In this document: in pieces, positions 47,736 to 64,000 of the stretch
How the letters are laid out: every line of letters starts with the position of its first letter
How positions within the stretch are numbered: the first letter of the stretch is position 1
DNA from: Macrostomum lignano
Taxonomy: Eukaryota
Length of the DNA stretch: 64,000 bases
Assembly: GCA_002269645.1 (NCBI GenBank)
Contig: NIVC01001379.1
Coordinates: 186,001-250,000, forward strand
Direction of reading: 5' to 3'
Notes under the pieces: model-generated
What the model was told of the DNA's origin: nothing
What the model saw: the letters and a program-made list of their open reading frames with translations, nothing else
Databases searched by the model: none
Made by a program: the position numbers and the translations under genes

Positions 47736-49775
47736 GGATGGATTTTACCAAAAGTATTAGGCCTATCTATGATGAAATACTGATTTATCTAATTTCTAAT
47801 CCCATGGAGGCCATGGCCTTATAAGTTATTGCCTATAGGCTACGTCTACTAAAATTTTTAAGGTGCTTAAATAGCCATAAACAAGGCAATTTATCTTTCA
47901 AGGCCTTGAACCAAGACATTGACGAATATAAAATAAAATAAATTTAATTTTAAAAAGCACGAAACGTTTTTTATTGTTCACTTCTATTTTGTCTATTTTA
48001 ACAAACAGTATCTTATTTTCTGATTATAATTTAGCTTTAAGATATTAATTTTTACTTAAAAGCATATAAATATAATAATTAATTATATTAATTTCATAAA
48101 AACGTCTTAATGTGGTGTATCACAGTTTTTTTATCGAAGTGGATTCCATGTTGAATCAATATACGCTTATTTCTCATGAATTCCTTGTAAAATCCACATC
48201 AACATTAGGACAGTAAAAATTAAAAAATAGTGCATAAAAAATACTTTGCATACCATTATGTCATCTTTAAGTCATTAATTTGCAAAAATTAAAGAAACAT
48301 TTAAATTCCACATGGCCACGTGGAACCCACGTGGAATCCATGAATCATTTTTCACTGGGGCGGGATTGCCGGCAGTCGAGGGCGTTAGCCCACCTCTCCC
48401 TGTGCTTAGAAGCCACCGTTACTCACTGGTTGATCCGAGTGGTGACAACGGCGATGGGGGTGGGGGCCACGGGCAGGGGACCAGTAAAAGAACCGGTCGA
48501 GCCAGCCTTGGCCAGGCGATCGGCCATGCAGCTCGTTGCCGGGGTGGCCCGTATACATGTACGATATATATATGGCTTGCAAAAGCCAATTGATAATGTA
48601 TTTAATAGGTAGGATATTTAAAGAAAAACAACATGTAAATGGTGACACGTACATGTACATGTTGCAAATGAGGAATTCAATATGTATTGTTCATACTCGT
48701 ACATATGTACATTACAGTATTACACAGTTGCATGGTCCTGGTTTTGGAGTTGATCTAATTTTCAAGTCCACCTTGTAGAAGAAGAAGAAGCCATCCGCAT
48801 ATGAAGAATTCGCAGATGAATAATTAGACCACCCCTGCTATGCTGCACCACACCCTCTCTCTTGTCAAGCGAGTGAACACCTTTTTGTGTTCGATTTCAA
48901 CAAAACTCACATTCTATTTCGGCAAGCTGATCATTTTCATCATTCTATTCACAGCTACCTCAACATTCGAATTCGGCAAGGACCAGTCAATTTCAGTAAT
49001 CACCATTGAATGCAATATCAATAATCACAAGCTATTCAGAGCGCATTTTGGTGATCTTACAATAAAATAATTCATTTTAATTGTACATTGTAATTAAATA
49101 CAATAATTAATTCTTAATTATTATTTAATTGGTGACAGTTTGACTTAACATGATTACATCCCCAGTAGCATTTTGTAACTTTGTTATATTGCTTGTTTGT
49201 TTTAATAGTACAATGTATACAAATTTAAAGTTACACTTTCGTAGAAAATAAGTCTTCGTGTGTTTTTCAATGAACCATGAACGCTTACGCAGGCCTACGG
49301 TTTATGCTACAAATGAAAGTCTAAGACAATAAACAATTAGTGCAAGTACTAGGATTATTAAATACTGACTTATAAAAATGAAACGCGAATTTTTGCAGAA
49401 AAAAGTAGTCTAAAGGATAATATATTAGCTTATTTACCATCTTTTTTAGAGTTTCTCTATTGTTTTCTACTTTCCAAAACCCTTAGGCCTTACTCCAAAC
49501 GACCATAGCATAGTATTCTTTTTACTATGAACTGAAGCATCATTAGTATTCTTTATTTGGTAACTGATGCTGACAATTTGCACCCGTGAACCAAGGACTG
49601 AGTTTATGATTACCAATCAGAATGAATTTTCTCACTTTCATTCCCTGGTTTAAAATAGTCAACTCAAAAGTCAAAGTTAACATTATGATCTGCTTTTCAA
49701 TTTTCATAAAAAACAATAACTGAGCCAAAGTCACTTGTTATAGCTAATGTTATATTAAAGTGATTGCAAAAATCA

Positions 49776-54847
<5,072 letters not shown>

Positions 54848-54884
54848 GTTGTGAATTGGCAGATTCTATTGAGAGTTGCGCTTG

Positions 54885-55505
54885 ACAGTTTATTGACAGT
54901 GTACATGTACATCTAGGTCATTGACAGTGTACATGTACATCTAGGTCATTGGCAGTTTACATGTACATCTAGGTCATTGACAGTGTACATGTACGTGTAG
55001 GTCATTGACAGTGTACATGTACATGTAGGTCGTTGACAGTGTACATGTACGTGTAGGTCATTGACAGTGTACATGTACATATAGGTCATGACAGTGTACA
55101 TGTACATGTAGGTCATTGACAGTTTACATGTACGTGTAGGTCATTGACAGTTTACATGTACATGTAGGTCATGACATTGTACATGTTCATGTAGGTCATT
55201 TACAGTTTACATGTACGTGTAGGTCATTGACAGTTTACATGTACGTGTAGGTCATTGACAGTTTACATGTCAATGTAGGTCATTGACAGTTTACATGTAC
55301 GTGTAGGTCATTTACAGTTTACATGTACGTGTAGGTCATTGACAGTTTACATGTACATGTAGGTCATGACATTGTACATGTTCATGTAGGTCATTTACAG
55401 TTTACATGTCAATGTAGGTCATTGACAGTTTACATGTACGTGTAGGTCATTGACAGTTTACATGTCAATGTAGGTTATTGGCAGTGTAAATATAGGTCAT
55501 TGATG
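54885..55505. repeat. ~28-bp minisatellite in GIT intron 5
   Basis: (tgacagtttacatgtacgtgtaggtcat)n. Confidence 0.9.
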
Positions 55506-56174
55506 ACACTTGCCAGTGCTAGTTCTTTGCAGCGTGGATCCTTCTAAATATACTAAATCCTATATACTAAAAATGAGTTGTCTGTATGTATGTATGTATA
55601 TGGGTATGCGATTGATTTCAGAAAAAACGGCTCAACCGATTTTCTTCAAACTTGCATCATTCGATCAGAAATTTTCCTGGCACAGTACATGCATCTTGGC
55701 TAAGAAATTGCTCAATGTTAAAGGGATTAAATATTCGAAAAACACGCTTTTTTGCAAAGGTCAAGCCAAATTTTCGACTTGAAATGCATTGTAAGAATGC
55801 TAGAGAAAAAACTGACTGACTGAATTTCAATTCTGATAAAGATTGCATCACAACAAGTTGAAAACAGTGCCGAAGAAATGCACACACGACTTGATTGAAA
55901 TTGCGTAACCATATTGCTAACTCGAAGTGAGACTGATACTGGCTGACTGAGAAATTGATTATGTCATAACTTTTTACTCCAATTGACTTGCTGTAAGAAT
56001 TGAATTATAAGGGCCACAATTCATGTTCTCCAATTGAAAAGAGATAGCCCTGATGCGAACAGACTGGAATGCTAATGTAGCGACCTGGGTTCGAATCTTA
56101 GAAGCGCAAAATAATTTTTTTATTAAAACACCTTAAAAACAAAAAAACTGCTAAACATAAAAAAAGCGCAATAG

Positions 56175-59100
56175 AAGAGCCACCATGTCAAACCTAAAGG
56201 AGCCACCATGTCGAACATTAAAGAACCACCATGTCGAACATAAAAGAGCCACCATATCGAACATAAAAGAGTTACCATGTTAAAAATTAAAGAGCCACCA
56301 TGTCGAACATTAAAGAGCCACCATGTCGAACATAGAAGAGCCACCATGTCAAACATTAAAGAGCCACCATTTCAAACCTAAAGGAGCCACCATGTCGAAA
56401 ATTAAAGAGCCACCATGTCGAACATAAAAGAGCCACCATATCAAACATAAAAGAGTTACCATGTCAAACATTAAAGAGCCACCATGTCGAACATTAAAGA
56501 GCAACCATGTCGAACATTCAATAGCCACCATGTCAAACATTAAAGAGCCACATTGTCAAGCATTAAAGACCCACCATTTCAAACCTAAAATAGTTACCAT
56601 GTCAAACATTCAATAGCCACCATGTCAAACATTAAAGAGCCACCATGTCGAACATAAAAGAGCCACCATATTAAACATAAAAGAGTTACCATGTCAAACA
56701 TTAAAGAGCCACCATGTCGAACATTAAAGAGCCACCATGTCAAACATTAAAGAGCCACATTGTCAAGCATTAAAGACCCACCATTTCAAACCTAAAAGAG
56801 CCACCATGTCAAACATTAAAGAGCCACCATGTCGAACATTAAAGAGCCACCTTGTCAAATATTAAAGAGCCACCATTTCAAACCTAAAGAAGCCACCATG
56901 TCGAACATACAAGAGCCACCATGTCGAACATAGAAAAGCCACCATGTCAAACATTAAAGAGCCACCGTTTCAAACCTAAAAGAGCCACCATGTTAAAAAT
57001 TAAAGAGCCACCATGTCAAACATAAAACAGACACCATTAAGAACATTAAAGAGCCACCATGTCAAACCTAAAACAGCCACCATTTCGAAAATTAAGGAGC
57101 CACCATTTCGAAAATTTAAGAGCCGCTATGTTAAACATTAAAGGGCCACCTTGTCAAATATTAAAGAGCCACCATTTCAAACCTAAAGAAGCCACCATGT
57201 CGAACATACAAGAGCCACCATGTCGAACATAAAAGAGCCACCATATCAAACATAAAAGAGTTACCATGTCAAACATTAAAGAGCCACCATGTCAAACATT
57301 AAAGAGCCACCATGTCGAACATAAAAGAGCCACCATATCAAACATAAAAGAGTTACCATGTCAAACATTAAAGAGCCACCATGTCGAACATTAAAGAGCC
57401 ACCATGTCAAACATTAAAGAGCCACATTGTCAAGCATTAAAGACCCACCATTTCAAACCTAAAAGAGCCACCATGTCGAACATTAAAGAGCCACCTTGTC
57501 AAATATTAAAGAGCCACCATTTCAAACCTAAAGAAGCCACCATGTCGAACATACAAGAGCCACCATGTCGAACATAAAAGAGCCACCATATCAAACATAA
57601 AAGAGTTACCATGTTAAAAATTAAAGAGCCACCATGTCGAACATAAAAGAGCAACCATGTCAAACATAAAACAGACACCATTAAGAACATTAAAGAGCCA
57701 CCATGTCGAACATTAAAGAGCCACCATGTCAAATATAAAACAGCCACCATTTCGAAAATTTAAGAGCCGCCATGTTAAACATTAAAGGGCCACCTTGTCA
57801 AATATTAAAGAGCCACCATTTCAAACCTAAAAGAGCGACCCTGTCGAACATACAAGAGCCACAATGTCGAACATAAAAGAGCAGCTATGTAGAACATAAA
57901 AGAGCCACCATGTCAAACATAAAAAAGCCACCATGTCAAACATAAAAGAGCCAACATGAAGAACATTAAAGAGCCACCATGTCGACCATTAAAAGAGCCA
58001 CCATGTCGAACATACAAGAGCCACCATGTCGAACATAGAAAAGCCACCATGTCGAACATAGAAAAGCCACCATGTTAAACATTAAAGAGCCAATATTTCA
58101 AACCTTAAGGAGCCACCATGTCGAACATAAAAGAGTCACCATGTTAAAAATAAAGAGCCACCATGTCGAACATTAAAGAGCCACCATGTCGAACATTAAA
58201 GAGCCACCATGTCAAACATAAAACAGACACCATGTCAAACATTAAAGAGCCACCGGTTCAAACCTAAAAGAGCCACCATGTCGAACATTAAAGAGCCACC
58301 TTGTCAAATATTAAAGAGCCACCATTTCAAACCTAAAGGAGCCACCATGTCGAACATTAAAAAGCCACCATGTCGAACATTAAAAAGCCAACATGTCAAA
58401 CATAAAAGAGCCACCATGTCAAACCTAAAAAAGCCACCATGTCAAACATAGAAGAGCCACCATGTCAAACATAATAGAGCCACCATGTCAAACATTAAAG
58501 AGCCACCATGTCAAACATAGAAGAGCCACTATGTCAAACATAAAAGAGCCACCATGTCGAACATAAAAGAGTCACCATGTTAAAAATTAAAGAGCCACCA
58601 TGTCGAACATTAAAGAGCCACCATGTCGAACATTAAAGAGCCACCATGTCGAACATTAAAGAGCCACCATATCAAACATAAAAGAGTTACCATGTCAAAC
58701 ATTAAAGAGCCACCATGTCGAACATTAAAGAGCCACCATATCAAACATAAAACAGACACCATGTCAAACATTAAAGAGCCACCATGTCGAACATTAAAGA
58801 GCCACCATGTCAAACATAAAACAGCCACCATTTCGAAAATTAAGGAGCCACCATTTCGAAAATTAAAGAGCCGCCATGTTAACCATTAAAGGGCCACCAT
58901 GTCAAACATTAAAGAGCCACCATGTCGAACATTAAAGAGCCACCATGTCAAACATAAAACAGCCACCATTTCGAAAATTAAGGAGCCACCATTTCGAAAA
59001 TTAAAGAGCCGCCATGTTAACCATTAAAGGGCCACCATGTCAAACATTAAAGAGCCACCATGTCGAACATAAAAGAGCCACCATGTCGAACATTAAAGAG

Positions 59101-59370
59101 CCACCATGTCAAACATTAAAGAGCCACCGGTTCAAACCTAAAAGAGCCACCATGTCGAACATTAAAAAGCCACCGTGTCGAACATAAAAAAGTCAACATG
59201 TCAAACATAAAAGAGCCACCATGTCAAACCTAAAAAAGCCACCATGTCAAACATAGAAGAGCCACCATGTCGAACATAAAAGAGCCACTATGTCAAACAT
59301 AAAAGAGCCACCATGTCAAACATAGAAGAGCCACTATGTCAAACATAAAATAGCCACCATGTCAAACATT
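56175..59370. repeat. ~23-bp minisatellite inside H1
   Basis: (aaagagccaccatgtcgaacatt)n with higher-order blocks. Confidence 0.92.
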
Positions 59371-59474
59371 CAAGATATCCAATTTCAAATGTAAAGGTAT
59401 AAAGCGCCATGCCAATTTAAAGGAGCCACTATAAAGCTAAGGAAATTGTCGCTCTAGCTACTTATTGTCTGGTG

Positions 59475-60005
59475 GATGGTTGCTATTTGGGGATGCTATC
59501 TATCTTGGGGATGCTTGCTATTTGGAGGATGCTTGCTTTCTGGGGGATGCTTGCTATCTGGGGAATGCTTGCTATCTGGGGAATGCTTGCTATCTGGGGG
59601 ATGCTTGCTATCTGGGGATGCTTGCTATCTGAGGGATGCTTGCTATCTGAGTGATGCTTGCTATCTGGGGGATGCTTGCTATCTGGGGTATGCTTGCTAT
59701 CTGAGGGATGCTTGCTATCTTGGGGTATGCTTGCTATCTAAGGGATGCTTGCTATCTTGGGGATGCTTGCTATCTGGGGGATGCTTGCTATCTGCGGAAT
59801 GCTTGCTATCTGGGGAATGCTTGCTATCTGGGGGATGTTTGCTATCTGGGGGATGCTTGCTATCTGGGGATGCTTGCTATCTGGGGGATGCTTGCTATCT
59901 GGAGGATGCTTGCTATCTTGGGGATGCTTGCTATCTGGGAAATGCTTGCTATCTGGGAGAATGCTTGCTATCTGGAGGATGCTTGCTATCTGGGGGATGC
60001 TTGTG
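59475..60005. repeat. 17-18-bp minisatellite inside H1
   Basis: (ggggatgcttgctatct)n. Confidence 0.92.
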
Positions 60006-60152
60006 GTCTTGGGAAGATTTCTTATTGCAATTCACTTCATTTGAGCAGTTTGTCTGTTGTCTTTGTGAAGGATTTTTTGGCTGTCTTTTTGTTAATTGTA
60101 GAGAACAGAGATTCTATCCAGATGTCCCCCATCGGGGGGCGAAGATTGCTAG

Positions 60153-61263
60153 TCCTATATACTAAAAATGAGTTGTCTGTGGGTATGCGATAGATTTCAG
60201 AAAAATTGGCTCAACCGATTTTCTTCAAACTTGCACCATTCGATCAGAAATTTTCCTGGGACGGTACATGCATCTTGGCTAAGAAATTGCTCAATGTTAA
60301 AGGGATTAAATATTCGAAAAACATGCTTTTTTGCAAAGGTCAAGCAGCTCTTTCGACCTGAAATGCATTGTAAGAATGCTAGAGAAAAAACTGACTGACT
60401 GAATTCCGATTGTGATAAAGATTGCATCACAACAAGTTGAAAACAGTACCGAAGAAATGCACACACGACTTGATTTAAATTGCGTAACCATATTGCTAAC
60501 TTAAATTGAGACTGATACTGGCTGACTGAGAAATTGATTATGTCATAAATTTTTACTCCAATTGACTTGCTGTAAGAATTGAATTATAAGGGCCACAATT
60601 CATGTTCTCCAATTGAAAAGAGATAGCACTGATGCGAACAGACTGGAATGCTAATGTAGCGACCTGGGTTCGAATCTTAGTAGTGCAAAAAGATTTTTTT
60701 TATTAAAACACCTTAAAAACACAACAAAACTGCTAAACATCAAAGAAGCGCAATGTCAAACATAGAAGAGCCAACATATCGAACATAAAAGAGTTACCAA
60801 GTCAAACATAAAAGAGCTACCATGTCGAACATTAAAGAGCCGCCATGTCAAAACATAAAAGTGCCATCATGTCGAACCTAAAAGAGCCACCATGTCTAAC
60901 ATAAAAGAGCCACCATATCGAACATTAAAGAGCCACCATGTCAAACATTAAAGAGCCATTATGTCAAACCTAAAAGAGCCACCATGTCTAACAGTAAAGA
61001 GCCACCATGTCGAACATTAAAGGGCCACCATGTAGAACATTAAAGAGCCACCATGTCGAACATTAAAGAACCACCATGTCAAACATTAAAGAACCACCAT
61101 GTCGAACATTAAAGAGCCACCATGTCAAAAATAGAAGAGCCACCATGTCAAACATAGAAGAGCCACCATTTCTAACATTAAAGAGCCACTATGTCGAACA
61201 TTAAAGAGCCACCATGTCGAACATTAAAGAGCCACCATGTAAAACATTAAATTGTTCATAGTA
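60153..61263 (+). mobile_element. Helitron H2, head-to-tail with H1, 3'-truncated
   Basis: Starts TCCTATATACTAAAAATGAG immediately after the CTAG of H1; ~600-bp head near-identical to H1; same 23-bp array at 60745-61250. Confidence 0.8.
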
Positions 61264-64000
61264 TCCAATTTACTAAAAATCAAAACTATGTACCTATCTA
61301 TAGGAACCTTTGTTTAACTAGACTTCCAATATACTAAAAATCAAAACTATGTACCTACCTACCTATCTATCTATAGGAACTTTCGTTTAACTTGACTCTA
61401 CATGGTCGGAATTTCGTGGGGTTTTCTGCATTCGATGCGTATTGATGGTGCGCTGGTACACAAAATTTTGCTAAGAAATTGCTTCATTTTTTCGGGCTTA
61501 AATATTCGAAAAACTCGATTTTCTCCCTGTTTTTTAAAGTTCAAACAGTTCTTTCCGATTGAGAAGCAGTCTGACTGCCGATGGAATTGTATTGCATCAT
61601 AGCTCAGTGCCAACTATAGCATTGGTTCTCTACACTCGCGTGGAGAGCTACAAGCGTTGAAAGGTTGCGCAACACCTTTTAGTTATTGAATTGAGGGGCG
61701 GGTATTGTCATTCAATGAGTCCCGGGCATTGGCTTGGTTGTGAATTTCAATGCATCAACTGCAGGCCTCTCACTGTAGCTGGCGCTGAATGTACACCTTA
61801 TGAATTTGACTGCTTTAAAGCAGGAATGTCCAACCGTTGTTTGTGCTTCGAGTTTTTCACTTTCAGAAGAGAGCCTTGTATTGCTGGAAAGAGCTAGAAA
61901 CGCTGAGTTCGAGAATATAATCTGTTTGCTGAGATTTGAAAAATTAAAAGCACAGCATAAAAAAGAAATTTCTATACTTTTTACTCTATATTCTCATTGT
62001 ACGCTCTCTCATATCGCAAACCCCTATTTATCGCAACTCCACAATTCAAGCCAGCGCCATTAGATCTAAATTTAGATTGCGTAACCATATTGTTGACTTT
62101 AATTGTTGACTTTATTAATTGAAACTGATATTGACTGCCTGAGAAATTGATTACGTCGTAACTGGTTCGAGTGATTTCTACTCTATGCTGGGAGTTTTCA
62201 AAGTGTTGAAATATATAAGTGCTACAATTCATGTTATCAAAACGATGAGAGCTAGCCTAGAGGTAAACAGACTGAACTGCTAATGCAGCGACGTGGGTTC
62301 GAATTATTAGAGTGTTGAAGTTTTTTATTAAAAAAATTAATTTCAAGAAAGCTAAAGGAATCTTAAAAATGTCAAGTAAATCAGGTAAAAGAGAAGAAGC
62401 TACGAGCGTTCATGTAGTATAATCAAAAATTTTATTTAACTTTAAATTTTGAAAAGTTTTAAAAAGGACTATTCCAATAGATAAGAAATTAATTATTGTA
62501 ATAGCTGACGAAATTGTTTCACAATCTTGCTGGAGGTACTTTCTATCAGGGGATGCTTGCTATCGGAAGGACGCTTGCTTTTGGGAATGCTTGCTCGGGG
62601 GAGATTGCTAACTGGGGGAATCACTGAGATGTCAAGGCTTGGTGGGGAAATTCCTGAGATGTCAAGCCTTAGAGGGGGGAGGGAATTGCTGAGATGTCAA
62701 GTCTTAGAGGGAGGAGGGACTTGCTGAGATGCCAAGGCTTAGGAGGGACTTGCTGAGATGCCAAGGCTTAAGAGGGACTTGCTGAGATGCCAAGGCTTAA
62801 GAGGGACTTGCTGAGATGCCAAGGCTTAGGAGGGACTTGCTGAGATGCCAAGGCTTGGTGGGGAAATTCCTGAGATGTCAAGTCTTAGGGGGGGGGAATT
62901 GCTGAGATGCCAAGGCTACAAAGGGACTTGCTGAGATGCCAAGGCTTAAGAGGGACTTGCTGAGATGCCAAGGCTTAAGAGGGACTTGCTGAGATGCCAA
63001 GGCTTAGGAGGGACTTGCTGAGATGCCAAGGCTTAAGAGGGACTTGCTGAGATGCCAAGGCTTAAGAGGGACTTGCTGAGATGCCAAGGCTTAGGAGGGA
63101 CTTGCTGAGATGCCAAGGCTTGGTGGGGAAATTCCTGAGATGTCAAGTCTTAGGTGGGGGGGAATTGCTGAGATGTCAAATGCTTAGAGGGACTTGCCGA
63201 GATGTCAAGACGTAAGACGGAATTGCTGAGATTTCAAGGCTTGGGGGGGGAATTACTGAGATGCCAAGGCTTGAGGGCGAATTGCTGAGATGTGAAGGCT
63301 TGGGGGAATTTCCGAGATGTCAATGCTTGGTGGGGAAATTCCTGAGATGTCAAGTCTTAGAAGGGGGAAATCTGTGAGATATCAAGTCTAAGGGGGGAAT
63401 TGCTGAGATGTGAAGGCTTGGGGGAATTTCCGAGATGTCAATGCTTGGTGGGGAAATTCCTGAGATTTCAAGTCTTAGAAGGGGAAATCTGTGAGATATC
63501 AAGTCTAAGGGGGGAATTGCTGAGATGTGAAGGCTTGGGGGAATTTCCGAGATGTCAATGCTTGGTGGGGAAATTCCTGAGATTTCAAGTCTTAGAAGGG
63601 GGAAATCTGTGAGATATCAAGTCTAAGGGGGGAATTGCTGAGATGTGAAGGCTTGGGGGAATTTCTGAGATGTCAAAATCTTAGGGAAGGGAATTGCAGA
63701 GATTTCAAGTCCTGAGGGCGAATTGCTGAGATGTCATGTCTTTGGGGGGAATTCTATGGATTGGGGATTCTTTGAATGAGGGAGGGTGCTTCTAATATAT
63801 ATCTTTGGATAGTGATTCATTGGTGAATTCCTTCGTTGGGGGATTACTATTTCGATGAAGGGTTCTTTGAATGGGGGATTCTTTCTTTCTATAGAGTGAT
63901 CCTTTGAATATGAGATTCTTTGGGGGGGATTCTTTATGAGGGGATTCTTTGGATGGGGAGTATTTCGACGGTGGTTCTTTAGATGAGGGGATTCTTTGGC
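61264..64000 (+). mobile_element. related, diverged Helitron H3 (runs off the window)
   Basis: A|TCCAAT(T/A)TACTAAAAAT start (first ~60 bp duplicated); shared blocks gctaagaaattgct, aaatattcgaaaa, attgcgtaaccatattg, ctgagaaattgatta; tRNA-like segment at 62248-62310; arrays at 62600-63730 and 63740-64000. Confidence 0.7.
62600..63730. repeat. ~29-30-bp minisatellite inside H3
   Basis: (gctgagatgccaaggcttaagagggactt)n and variants. Confidence 0.9.

Larger units (their letters stand above)
44734..48359. mobile_element. non-autonomous CMC/EnSpm-like element, CCCAG termini, 2-bp TSD (GC)
   Basis: GC|cccagtgaaaaaaatgatatggattccatgtgg ... ccacgtggaatccatgaatcatttttcactggg|GC; removing it restores the LINE reading frame. 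Confidence 0.8.
44232..48552 (-). mobile_element. 5'-truncated RNase H-containing LINE (I/R1/Loa-like), split by an EnSpm-type insertion
   Basis: 48552-48360: GHPGNEL(A)DRLAKAG (RNase H end)...WANALDCRQSR. Resumes at 44733: [36 protein letters not shown]..H....[22 protein letters not shown] (C-terminal CCHC finger), then 3' UTR. Confidence 0.85.
55558..60152 (+). mobile_element. non-autonomous Helitron H1 (complete)
   Basis: A|TCCTATATACTAAAAATGAG with a (GTAT)n tract and an AACCGATTT motif; 3' hairpin CCCCC-ATC-GGGGG then GATTGCTAG|T; contains a tRNA-like segment (56041-56105) and two minisatellites. Confidence 0.8.

Noticed and set aside
62248-62310. Possible tRNA-Ser(GCT) gene
   Set aside because: No long variable arm, mismatched T-stem, and embedded in a Helitron; reported only as a tRNA-derived segment.

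Overview
Eukaryotic (animal) genomic DNA: GC-rich spliced exons with GT-AG introns in AT-rich, very repeat-dense sequence. The style would fit an invertebrate such as the flatworm Macrostomum, but that is inference only. Genes reconstructed by hand: (1) two tandem minus-strand paralogues resembling the C14orf93/DUF4616 family (complete copy 4141-7845; partial copy 723-2501 with a 1-nt frameshift); (2) a LicD/fukutin-family type II membrane nucleotidyltransferase (minus, 17171-19922); (3) the first five coding exons of a GIT-family ArfGAP (plus, 49776-54847, continuing beyond the window); (4) a low-confidence, unidentified small-exon gene (minus, about 26.9-34.5 kb). Most of the supplied ORFs are artefacts of minisatellites. 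The rest of the window is non-autonomous mobile DNA: a 7-kb element made almost wholly of ~2.9-kb inverted repeats with an exact 6-bp TSD and an in-window empty-site control; a Mutator/Foldback element whose arms are minisatellites (9-bp TSD); a head-to-tail Helitron series carrying a tRNA-like segment and swappable minisatellite cassettes; a multi-layer LINE>EnSpm>SINE/MITE nest; tRNA-derived SINEs; several MITEs; and about 20 different minisatellites, many filling introns. No autonomous transposase, rRNA gene, convincing functional tRNA gene or CRISPR array was seen.
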